Source: Nageia nagi
Taxonomy: Eukaryota > Plantae > Pinophyta
Assembly: GCA_050084985.1 (NCBI GenBank)
Contig: JBITNC010000001.1
Coordinates: forward strand, 58,962,001 to 59,026,000
Direction of reading: 5' to 3'
Length of the DNA: 64,000 nt
The position numbers were made by a program, and so were the translations under genes. Shown here piece by piece: positions 37,952 to 50,131 of this stretch (position 1 is its first letter; each line of letters opens with the position of its first letter). The notes under the pieces were generated by a model that saw only the letters and a list, made by a program, of their open reading frames with translations, did no database searches and was not told where the DNA came from.

Positions 37952-40900
37952 TTTCACAACCCACTCAATTGCACTATTTCCCTCAAATACCTTCGAGGAT
38001 GCGATCGTGACCAAGTTTGAAATATTTTTATGTAATGATGAATTTTAAACTGAGAAAAGTATTATTTATGTTGATTTGATGTTAGCTTCAAGACTTTGTG
38101 ACATAGGTAATAGGTCACATCGAGATGAAAGAGCGATCAAAGGACTTTGAGGACCCGTGGTGAAGTGGTGACAGGAACGGAAGGGTAAAAAGGAGGAAAT
38201 GATTAGCATTGGATCACTGATAAACCCTAATGCCCATTATAGATCATGTAGATGCATGATAGAATAACTAGTCATGATTGTGGATATGCATGATGAATTT
38301 GTGATTGTAGATGTGTGTGGACTAATGATTTCACCTTGCAAGATGAAGGGATCACCACAGGTAAATGTGTGATCAAATCCTTGTTGTGTATTTTCAAAAT
38401 TTATTTTCAAAGGGAAAAGGAATATTCTGTATTTTTGAATTCAAATTTCTACTTAGGGTTTTAGTAAATTAATTTAGTAAAGTGGATTTAAAATTTAAGG
38501 TAAAATCTAAAGATTTAGTGGAAGGACTATTGCCACATTAAGGTAATAGTAAAAAGACTATTTCTATGATTTTAATATTCTAAAGTTATTTTGTTGGTTT
38601 GTGTAATAATTGAGAAATTATTGAATGATGGTCTCATTTATCTTGTTTTCACATATGAGGTGTAAAGAAATAATTAAAGGTAATAGTAGCCTAACCTAAG
38701 ACTAGAAAAATACTCCCAAAATGAAATGACACCACCAATATTTACCTATGAATTTATTAGACCCACTTTAAAAAAATAATATATTACCACTATACGCACA
38801 AAAGTGATGCACGAAGGAGAAGAATAAGCATATGTTTGGAATTTTTATAACTCCCTTGGCTATAAATACAAGGGTAGAACCTTGTGAAAATCAAGCACTA
38901 CCACCTCAATATTATTTGCAAAGTCTTGGAGCCCAAGAAGAAAGGAAGCCTTCTTCTTTCCCCTTCTGTAATTCATGTGCTCCCATACTCTTTTGTATTT
39001 TAGCTATTGTCTAGTTAAGAAAAATAAGGATTTTGTGTTTATACTTATCCAATTATGACAAAGATTGTTTGAATATAATATATTTGATGACGGGATATTT
39101 GTTATTGAATTGATATTTCACGTGAAGTATTAGAACACGAATAGATTATTTAAATCTGTTTTCAAGGATACTATTAAATAATGTTTAATTTATTACCTCT
39201 TATGTTTGGTCAGCTTGACCAGTCCCTACACCCCCATGCCTTGATGTCCATGGGAATCCCACTCAAAAAGAGTCTCTGGAAGACTCCTGGATTCCTCGCC
39301 ATTCTCGTTGATGATGAAGCAATTCTCGTGCCTTATGTATTCTTCCATAAGGGCACTCACGACCCTAATAGGCGATGAAACTACTCTCAACTATTATTTG
39401 ATGGATCTCCTTCGTCTAGAGGTCATATGGCGACCTATGCTGGAAGAATGCTGGCAAAACAATTACAGAGTTTGGCTCACTCCTGATAGTTTCTTTTCAA
39501 ACAACTGCATTTAGATTAGAATTTTTTCAAGCTCATTCCGTTTTATGCACCTCTTGTGACCATTGTCGTCCATGAAACTTTGTTTGCATCCTGCATTTTT
39601 GTTCAAACACTTTTCAGACCTTTGTGTGTTCCCCCACATTTTGCAGATATGGCTAGTAGATCTGCACAGCCATAGTATTCGATGAGAAACCATTTCCAAC
39701 AACTCTTTGATGGATCTCTTTACCCTCTTCTAGAGCTCCCATACTGGCACATGCTAAAAATTGCTGGCAGAGATTTCTGAGTCTGACTGCGCCTTCACAA
39801 GAAAACCCATTTAGTGTGTATTCGCGATCATTGTGGTCTATGAAACCTTTATTTACATCACACATGTTCCCAGGCCCTATTTGTTCTTCCACATTTTGTG
39901 CTATCACGGCACTCACAGTCACACATTTAAAGAAAAATCTTAGTCTTGATGGGTTGTCGTATCTTCTTTGGAGCTCCTACGATGGCTCATGCTGAAATAT
40001 CAATGGTAAAAGTTGCAGATTCTGGCTTTACGCCTGACCATTGCATTGAGTTGTCTATACCCTCTCAGAAAGCTCATTTTGTGTGTATTCAATGATCATT
40101 GAATTCCATGAGACAGCATTAGATATTTTGACAAAAAAATCGTGGTTCTTTTGAACATTCTGTTCGTGTTTCCCATACAATCTGAGCATTGTCTTCCTAA
40201 GCGCATCCATATTTGCATACATTTCTACCCAACGTATGGCTTTATGGTGTATTGGCAGGTATTTTTTCAAACACATCGTGTGCCTCTCTGCGCTTCTACC
40301 AATAGTCATTCTTTCAAACATTTTGTAAGCCTCCTCAGCATGTCCATATTTCGTATACATATGCATCCTCTCTAAGTGAATACATTTTGTATGTATTTCT
40401 CCCAGCACACTCACAACCAAGTTATTCTTGGTACATTAATTATGGTTGTTTACATGAAGAAACACACATGGTAAATTTTGAATGGTCGGGATGGTAATAG
40501 ATTGAAATTATCATTAAATTATAGACTAAATTCTGATGATTTTATTGAGAGGTTTCACCATGACTAGGTTAGTTATTTTACTATTTCCCTTTAGTTATAT
40601 ATATATAAAGGAAATTATTTCATTATATGTTCAAAGAATTAGCTACACATACATAATTTAGACAATAAATGGAAGGGTTTCTAAATCTATATACTCCTTA
40701 TGTCTATTTTCATAATAAATTGGAAGTTTTGATCAAGCCTTACGGAAATTAGGTGATATGAAAGCATAGAATCGAACCTAATGCATTGCAAATGAATGAA
40801 TGAGGTTATAATATTATTTATGAGGCCAAGGAAGGGAGGTAGTCCATAAAGGACCTAAAATCCTCTTGAGGTCTAAGTTGAGTAAGATTAAAAATCATAT

Positions 40901-42505
40901 TGCATACATATGCTCAAGTTGACAATGTGGTTGTCATGATATTCCTTCCTTCCTAATACTCAATTCATCCACCTATGGTACATGAAATGTTCGATGGAAG
41001 AAGATAGAACGGACAAGATCTTAAGGGATGGATGAATATGAAGCATTAAACTATTAGCACAAGTTACCAATAATGATATACTTCATTTACTTAGTATATT
41101 AATTGTATTATTTCTCAATACTTTTGATAATTATTTGTGATCACTTTATGATGTTTTATGGTTCATAAAGGACACCATACATTATGATATGATGTATAAT
41201 CTCATGAACGAATGGTTTTACATTATGGATTATGGAATACATAGTAAATCATGGTTTAAATCATGCTTAGTATATATTGGATGTTTTATCCTGTGGATTG
41301 CTAAAATCATCTCTAATTGATGTTATATCCTATTTCATAAGTAGAATGAAGAATGGGGATTAGATAACACCACTTAGTACAGATAGTATAAAATTAATAA
41401 ATGGCTCAATGTGAATGTAACATATTTGATTAAAGTAATATGGTTGAACAAGGCTGATATACAAGACACTACAATGACTTTAAATACTAACTTATTTAAC
41501 TACCACCCCAACTATGTGGAATGATCCCATAATAGGAACTTAAGCCCAAATTTAAGTGTAGGATCAAACCTAAAATGGTGGGGATCTTTAGGGAATAAAT
41601 GGATGGGAAGAAAATAAAAAAATGCTAACCTAAGAGTATTGATCAACATTAATAAAGTCAAAAGCCTAAGGAGTCTACCAAAAGGATAACTTTTGAATGG
41701 ATACAATAATGTGAGAGATAACATGTAATAGGGTAAAAGAATATAGTCATGAGATTTAACTATGGTAACATTCAATAATGACCAATTAAGATCTAGTGAA
41801 TAACTAATTAGATTTTAATGGGAAAGGATGCCAAAATTATAGTGATGGTTCTAAGCTTAGGGTCTAGACCAAATGGGGACTATTTCAGATCCTTGGGAAC
41901 AATTTGGATCTTTGCAATCATAAAGGAAATAAATGGGATTGAATGGGATTCCATGGGATACTTTACAAAAATCCATATTCAAAATATTCTTTAGTGAACC
42001 AAGAAAGAGGAAATCATTTATTAGAGTCTATACCATAATTAGCTAACCACTTTAGGATAGCTTGGAGATAATGGGATTACCTTAAAATAATCCTATGGAT
42101 AAACCATTAGGATGGATCAAATAAGAATAATAATCAGCTATCTTGAAGACCGAAGCCAAGTTTTGAAGGTTTCAAACTAGGATAAGATTTAGAATAATGC
42201 TCTTGAGTAAGGGCCAAAGTGAAACAAGGACTTCTATTGTTAAGTAATAAAACCTCTTCCTTCCTCCCACATAAAATAATGGTACGATCACTTGATGAAG
42301 CCATTCGTAAAGGTAGGATTACTTGGAGATCGCACCCTTGTGCTTTTTACAATAAAACAAGATCTAATTAAAGTGGTTGAAACACCATTGCATAACCTAT
42401 GTGGGATAAAAGATCATGAATAGCAAACCAAGTGAATCAAATAGTAAAAGAAATTTTTGGTCCAAAATTTTAGAGGTTTAGACAATGAAAGTAGGATGCA
42501 TTACA
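37952..42505 (+). mobile_element. 4.55-kb non-coding insertion, probably a Gypsy solo-LTR-like element, carrying PPR gene fragments
   Basis: It splits integrase HGIRR(Q)|FSVARTPQQNG. Ends are TTTCACAACCC (degenerate TGTCACAACCC) and GGATGCATTACA, flanked by ATAAT/GTAAT. A TATA box GGCTATAAATAC lies at about 38860. Confidence 0.7.
39330..40430 (-). pseudogene. PLS-class pentatricopeptide-repeat (PPR) gene fragments, scrambled and frameshifted
   Basis: MYTKYGHAEEAYKMFERM, NAVSWNSMIIEYTQN, MQWSGVKPESATFT..SA, LACASMGALEEGKEIHQRVVGNGFSSN and FASILPA..KEIHQIIVESSF..VVSALM are P/L/S motif pieces. The region is GC- and CpG-richer than its flanks. Confidence 0.85.
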
Positions 42506-43525
42506 GTAATTCTCAGTTGCTAGAACACCACAACAAAATGGTGTTGTGGAAGAAAAGAAAATAATATTGCAAAATATGGCTAGAACAATGATGATTAAGA
42601 ACAAAGTAAATGATAGGTTCTGGAAGGAGGAAGTACACACATTTGTTCACATTCAAAATAGATATATGTTCAGACCATATGAAAATAAAATACCATGCAA
42701 ATTATAGTTTAGAACAAAGGCTATAGTCATACATTTCAAAACATTTGGGAGTAAATTCTACATAAGAAATACTAAAGAAAATATGAAACAGTTTGAAGAT
42801 AGAGGTGATGAAGGAATTTTTCTGGGTTACTCATGCAAAAGTAAAGCCTACCAAAGGTACAATAAGAGACTTGGAAAGATTATGCAAAGTATAAATGTAA
42901 AGGTTGATAAAGTAACTATTCAAATATCAAGCAATTATGATGATAATCCCATGTATGAACATAAACAAGAGGAGAAATCACCACCAATTTCACCTAAATC
43001 ATCACTTTTGTACTCACCTAGATCATCATCAATAATCTTTCCTCAAACATCACCACCACCAATATCACCTAAGGCATCAACACAAGAAACATTTGAACCA
43101 TCATCACCAAGCTCACCCAAAGTATCTAGCAAACAATAATAATTAAATCATCCTAACAAACATATCATTGGAGTTCTTGATATAGTTATTTGAATAAGAA
43201 GAAAGGTTTCCCAAATCTAGGAACATATAAATTATGCTTTGTTGTCTCATTTTGAACCCAAGAATGTTATGGAAGTAAGTAAAGATGAAGGTTGGGTTAC
43301 AATCAATGGAATAAGAGTTAATTTAGATTGAAAAGAATAATATATGAGAGCTTGTTTTTAGATCTACAAATAAGAATTTCATTGGTACCAAGTGTGTATT
43401 CAAGAACAAATTGAAAGAGTACGGCAAGGTTTATTGAAATAAGGAAAGATTAGTCTATAAAGGTTATGCACAATCCAAGGTATTAACTTTGAAGAAACCT
43501 TTGCTCCTATAGCTAGATTAGAAGT
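42506..43525 (+). pseudogene. pol: Copia integrase C-terminus, linker and RT start
   Basis: [54 protein letters not shown]. Confidence 0.9.
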
Positions 43526-44804
43526 GAAGGATCATTCTAGCCATGAAAGTTCACTAATAAGTGAATTTCAAAAATTCTAAAAATGGAAAATGGCAAATTT
43601 TTTGGGTTAGACCAATACCCATGTCGCAAAAAAAAAATTATTATTTTTTTCTCAACTTGGATTATGAAGTCAAATTGAAATTTTAAATTAAATTTTTATT
43701 ACATCACCAATATTTTGAAATAGTAAATAGCTGACTTCACCTTGAAATTACAAATTATTATTTATATTTTGATTAAATCACTCCATATAAATACCTTACA
43801 GTAGCATGTTTTAAAGATGATAGTAGTCTACCTTTAGATGGTAGCATGTTTTCTTTGAATGGTGGCATTCTACCTTCAAATGGTAGCAAGCTATTATCAC
43901 ATGGAAGTAGACTTATACCGCCTAGTGGCAACTTGCTATAGCCCGATGGCATCCTGCTACCATTAGTGGCATCCTAATACTACATTATGGCATCATGCTA
44001 CCTCCCAATGGCATCCATCTACTACTTGATGGCATCTTGCTACTGCTTGGTAGCATTCTAATACCTACTTATATCACCTAGTAGCATACTTCTACTACTC
44101 TATAGCACACTATTGTTGCTCAATTACAAATTATTTCCACTTGCTATTGCTTGGTATGAGGCACCTTTTTGGATCCATAACTTTTGACTATGATGTCTAT
44201 TTTTCTTGAAATTTAAAACATGGGTTTATGTGCATATTCTACATATGGATAAAGTTAGTTACAACAAAACCTCTAAAAATACATATTTTTAGGACCTAGC
44301 TCCTCCATATAGTATCCCAAAATTAGCTTTTGCTTTATGTTCTCAAGATTTTTATGCTTTTTTGTAAGTTATAACTTTAATATCTTTTGTTATACATTAA
44401 GTTGAGTCCCAATATTTTAAATTAAGGCTGATTATTGTAATAGGGATGTGTATGCCAATTTTGAGCACAATCTAACTCATTTTTATTTTTAACTATTTCT
44501 AAAAAAAGATGATTTAAGGGTTACTTTATGGTTTCTTTGGTTTTTTGGTCTCTATATGATGGATTGTATTCTCTTAAAGAAGTAGTGTGAAACTATTTCC
44601 ATCTAGTAGTAGATTGCTTCCATCTAGTAGTATAATATAATGAAACTCTTTTAATTTTCCAAAAAAATCTATATAAAATTTATTTTAGCTTCAAATTCAC
44701 CTTTTTAATTTTTACAATTTTTTTAAAATCACCTTACCTATGAATCTGATTCACCTAAAATTTTCCAAGTTAGTTTTGAAAAAGGGCTCTTAATATGATC
44801 CCTA
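43526..44804. mobile_element. Non-autonomous hAT-type DNA transposon (1279 bp)
   Basis: Perfect 8-bp TSD TTAGAAGT (43518-43525 / 44805-44812), TIRs GAAGGATCAT / ATGATCCCTA, and an internal array of about 21-bp GGCATC/GTAGCA units at 43800-44110. Confidence 0.8.
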
Positions 44805-44812
44805 TTAGAAGT

Positions 44813-45290
44813 TGGTAGAAACTTCACTCTCATTGCTTATGCAAATGCAAATTGGGTAGGTTGTGTGGATGATAGAAATAGTACAAATGGAGGTGCTTTT
44901 TTTCGGGAGATAATCTTGGATCATGGAAGAGTAAAAAGCAAGACTCATTATCATCATCTACACTTGAAGTTGAATACATTGCACCAGTCTCCAATTGCAC
45001 ACAAGTTTTATGGATGAAATAATGTATGAAGGATGTAGGAAAAAATATTAGTGAGTATATTCCTATCATGTTTAAGAATACTAGTGCTATCATTATTTCA
45101 AAAAATCATGTTATGCATTCAAGAAAAAAAAATATAACCATCACGTATCATTTATTAAAAGAGAAAGTAACAAATGGAGAAGTCAAGTTAGAATTTATGC
45201 CCATGGTAGAACAAATAGTTGATATCTTTACAAAACTCTTTCCCAAGGATGTTTTTGAATATTTGAGACAAAATTTCTTGGCTACATATT
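44813..45290 (+). pseudogene. pol: Copia RNase H remnant
   Basis: AYANANWVGCVDDRNSTNGG, WKSKKQDS, NTSAIIISKNHVMHSRKKNI, EQIVDIFTK. Confidence 0.9.
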
Positions 45291-48200
45291 CTCAGGGGAG
45301 CAATTTCTACTTTTTTTTTTTTGCTCCTATTTCTATCGAATTTTGTTTCTTTTTTCTAACAATAACTTGAGAATGGTGCATGGATTCAAGAGGAGCCCTT
45401 TGATAAGTATGGCATGTCAATATTATAGGAGAGTTTATTTTTTCACATTATTGGCCATGGAATAAGTGACACCCTTTTAAAATTGATTAAAAAAGGGGGA
45501 GAATAACATGGCATGAATGCTTGATACTTAGAGTTTTTTCAATAATGCCAAAGGTGGAGATTGTTGACCTATGGTATTATAATTGTTGTCAATTATTACC
45601 AAAGGATATTAAAATGAATAAATCATAATGTGAGAAAACTTGATGTTTGTTTCCCTATATGGTGGAGTTTGAGCTTATGTAGTGTAAACAAGACTTATGT
45701 GGTGACATAGAGCCTCATGCATAGAGGAATGGTGTTATGTGGAGAACTGAGGTCCTATGTAGAGAAGGAATGGCCTCAAGATACTTAGCTACATGTCATT
45801 ACCATGGTATCTTGCTAGCAACTATCCATGGTATACCATTTATAAATGTTGATGATAAGTCAAAGCTATAGCTATTAATAGAGGGTATATGTGGTATCTC
45901 AATGATGCACCTCTTATAGATGGAAAAAGAGCTAACATCAGATATTACTAAATTAAACAAAATTTAAAGATATAATAAGGTAGTATGGGCCATTCAATGA
46001 GAAGATATACTGATAGTAGGAAACAAATGGAGGCCTTGTGATGTATAATTGATAAATAAGACTTTGCATAGCCATAGATCACAAGGAAATAGTACAAAGT
46101 TTAAGAAAAAAGCAAATGTTGTGCAATGGTAACATGGAAATATGGATGCATCAAGATACATCATTGGAAAATAAGAATTTGCACAATTGTATATTGCAAT
46201 TAAATAGCACAAAGATTAAACAAAAGGGGATACAGACCTATAGTGTGTAATGGTATCTAGCACATGTTGACATTCCATGATAGCCTAATAGTAGATCATC
46301 ATCATCCAATTTAGCTAGACATATAACAAATTAAATAGGAACAAAGGTGGCAAAATTAAAACTCATAGCATACATAAAATACATGGAGCACTCCTACAAG
46401 CTCCCACTAATAGATGAAGGATGGTAGATCATTCATGTTAGTATATGGGAAAAATATGGAGTGTAGATTTCCTCCACATTACTATGTTTTTGAGATGCAA
46501 GTAAATGGTATGATATGGGCACCTTTCAAAGTGCAAATTTCCTTCATATTATGGTATTTTTGATATGTAGAGAAATGTTATGATGATAGCAATATCTAGA
46601 GTACATATTTCCATCATATTATGGTATTTCTAAGGTGCAGAGAAATGTAGTAATGTCAGTAATATCTAAGAGCACATTTCCTCCATTTTATGGTTTTTTA
46701 GGGTGGAAAGAAATGTCATGATATCAATGCTATCAAAAGTATGGATCATTCAACAAACACTGTGTAATGACCTAGATTCGATGTTGATTACATTAGGGAA
46801 AATATCAAAAGTATGGATTCTTCAATGAACACTATGTAAGGACCTATATTTGATGTTGATTACAATAGGGAAAATGTGAAAGAGTTTATGCAGCCATACA
46901 AGGGCTTATATGGAGGTGCAATTGCTTATGCAAAGATGAAGTTCATTATGTAAATAGGTAAGGGATTATGCAAAAGTTGATGTAGAGTTACCAGGTCATT
47001 ATGCATAGAGCCATATCTTATGCAAAGTATATTGATGTTATATGATGAAAACAAATAGTATGTAGAGGAAACAAAAACTTATGATAAGACATTATGTAGA
47101 TGTTTAAGAAAGTATGTGGTCAAGAAATGTCTTATGTAATGATGGAGCTAGTTATGTGGAACTCAAAATCTTATGTGGAGGCTCAGAACCTTATGTGAAG
47201 GAAGGGCTTATGCAATCAAGTGTTATGCAAATGCCAAAATCTTGTATGGAGCTACAAAGTGTTTTGCAAAAATTTATAGTGTTATGTGGTAGTTGAATAT
47301 TCAAGCTTACAGTTATGAGATTATTTGTATAAAACTTGTGAGGTTTTAATTGCTCCCTGGACACTTGTATCAAGTATTGTAGTTGCTCAAGGATCTTGTA
47401 GCTTATAGAATTTTTAGTTTCATAACTAAAACAAAACCTTTTGTAACTAAAAGTAAATAAATTGGAGGGAAGTTACAATGATGATGAATTGAAGAGAAGA
47501 TATATACATAAAACACTATGTTGAAGTAGTTGCTATGAATATATAATGAAATGAGGAAAAATTCAATTAAGAGAGGGTTGCAATATTTTTGTTATAAATA
47601 ATATCTATGATATTCTAAAGATGGGAAGTAATAATTTCAAGACATATTAGTATTCTATATCTAAAAATGATTGAAATACATATGAGGTACAAGACTATGA
47701 GGTGAATATACATGAGTAGAATGCCATTGATAATAACAAGATAGCATAATAGAATGAGGCCAGAATAGTGGCTCTAAAGGTTCACTCTATATTTATTGAA
47801 GAGATGTACATATGATGAATGCTAATGAGCTAAGGATTAAATAATGATATGTATACAATGAAGGAATTTTTATTTCAAACATGTGAATCATATTTAAAGT
47901 CCAAGTTGATGCTTGGATTAGGGGTTGGTGCTCCTTATAGGTGCTATAGAACTGAGGGGTTGGTGCTCCTTTTGATTGGTGCCAATAAATTGTTGTAAAG
48001 TTGGACATTTATATTGGTTGAACTTGGAACATGATCCAATTGATCTTATTTGAGTATGTATCCACATTGGTGAATCTTGTTACATCTTGTGTTGTGTTAT
48101 GTTCTTTTGTAATGCTACTTTACTTGATTTTATGATTGCACTATTTTATTTTAAGTGGAAAAGTTAAAGTTTTAAGTTTGATTTTATCACATTGATTCAC

Positions 48201-49292
48201 CCCCCTCTTAGTGTCACTTGGTTTTTATCATACATATCTAAATAAGATTAAGTAAATAAATTATCCATATTTGAAATATTATGCTAAAGTAGTGATTCAA
48301 AAATTGATGCTTTATTCAAAGTGAATATTGATTATAGTTACATTTTCATTATAAGATCTACCTAGTAATGTTCCCTTAATTTTTAATAGATGCTAGGATT
48401 GTACTTCATATAAGCTAGTTATCCATTTTCATCTAGATTAGATTACACTTTTTATAGAACCCCTTTGTTGGTTGGGGGCTTAAATAACAATAATTTATTT
48501 CTTTATGGCCAATGTGTTACAATGATATTAGTATTTTCATTTATGTTGGCTAATATTTATCAAATTTTCTATTCAATCATTATTTGTTAAGTTTGCTAGT
48601 TTATTAGTTTATCATGGTTGTCAATTTATGATTTCATTAGTCATAACCCAACATTTTCACTAGAGAAAACTAAGCATTTTAACAAAATCATTCTAGGGGC
48701 ATGTCATAAGGACCATAAAGGTATCTTTCCTTCCATTAACTCCCTTATCTTGTATATTTATGATTTATGATTATACTTATTATGATAAACTACTATTATA
48801 TTATTGTTATGATCACCTAATAATGTTCGTTACCTTTATTTGTTGAGTTTTAAATTAACCATCATTTTATGACCCTTTTATGATAATTGTTATGGCCACT
48901 TTATTGTGATCTATCCTTTTTGATAATTAGGGTATTAAAATTCACTATTATGATATGATTTTACATGATATTATGAGCTACCATGATGTATGTTCTTTAT
49001 GATCTATATGTTATCTTGGATATGTTCTTTTTTTTTCCTTTTCTCCATATTTTCTTTGCACTACCATTTTTGATGAAGGGGGAAGTTGCATGAGTTTTGA
49101 TGCATAGAGCAAATTTATTGTATTAACTCATTTGATAACTAACATTCTAATAATTAATGCAAAGAGGGGCCTAAAAATATCATAAAATTTTGATGATCCA
49201 AATCTTTTCAAAAATTATGAGAGTATTTTTCTCTCTCTCTCTCTCTATCTCTTTTCCTTTGCAAACATGATTACACTTTATTTCATTAAATT

Positions 49293-49945
49293 TGCAAAGG
49301 GGTGCATTTTGTTGAAATTTAGTTTTGATCCCCTTTGGTATCATAATTAATAGTTATATTACTTAGTTGGTAATATATTCTAATTTAATGTTATATCTTA
49401 CTTTATTATTATATGTATAGATATAAATACATTTTTTTTAGTTTTAATTTAATGTTATATCCTACATTATTATTATATAGGTCGACTTAAGTTACTTGTT
49501 TTTATCATCATCATCATCATCATTATATTCATATGTTTTCCCATTTATGATACTTTCCTCATGTTTGGATAATCCTTTTATAAGGTACCTTAGCATTAAC
49601 ACTTTTTCTATAGGACATGCATTTTGGGAGTTCTCTTGTGTATATAAAGGTGAACTCTAGACTTGAGAAAAGATATCTCATGGTTCTATCTCAATAGTTG
49701 CTACTTACACTTTTAGGTGTTCATTAATACCACCTATTGAGACTAGGATCTTTTGAACACTTAAAGCACTCTATCATTCCATATTTTCCATTGTATTCTC
49801 AACTCAGCATACCACTTCTATATACTACTCTAGGATTTTGTACTCTTACCCAATTTTATTGATTCCTTAGTGTAAAAACTTTTCACTAGAGTGGACTCTT
49901 TTGGTTAATGCAAATGCTTTTATCCTAGTTGGATCTATAAATCTA
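49293..49945 (+). mobile_element. Possible PPT + LTR of another Gypsy-type element
   Basis: GCAAAGGGGTGCATTT is followed by TGTTGAAA at about 49309, with TATATAAAG at about 49641. No partner LTR was found in the window. Confidence 0.3.
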
Positions 49946-50044
49946 TTCATCCTTAATAAGCACTAGTTCTCATATACCTATAACCTTACATATAAGGTAA
50001 TATTGATGTATCTTGATCCCTCTCTCAATAGTGCATAGATTTTA

Positions 50045-50125
<81 letters not shown>
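50045..50125. repeat. (AT)n microsatellite, about 36-40 units
   Basis: Direct reading. It explains the IYIYIY ORF at 49978-50166. Confidence 0.98.

Positions 50126-50131
<6 letters not shown>

Larger units (their letters stand above)
33136..48230 (+). mobile_element. Older, decayed Ty1/copia of the same family as 21473-28718; 5' LTR about 33136-35055 (5'-truncated), 3' LTR 45562-48230; two nested insertions
   Basis: Both LTRs end GATTCACCCCCC.T..CAGT.TCACTTGGT.TTTATCA, with PBS TGGTATAAGAG at 35058 and PPT AAAGGTGGAGAT before 45562. Gag starts MTSGEGFSSNKA (versus MASGEGFSSNKA). Each LTR has 70-bp tandem repeats (33475-33680; 46468-46740). Confidence 0.9.

Noticed and set aside
38031-38040. 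TGTAATG as the true left end of the 4.55-kb insert (inverse of the CATTACA right end)
   Set aside because: There is no matching TSD at that position, and host integrase homology already stops at about 37951.
42783-43139. Pro/Ser-rich ORF as an extensin-like gene
   Set aside because: It is the integrase C-terminus and the low-complexity IN-RT linker of the decayed copia.
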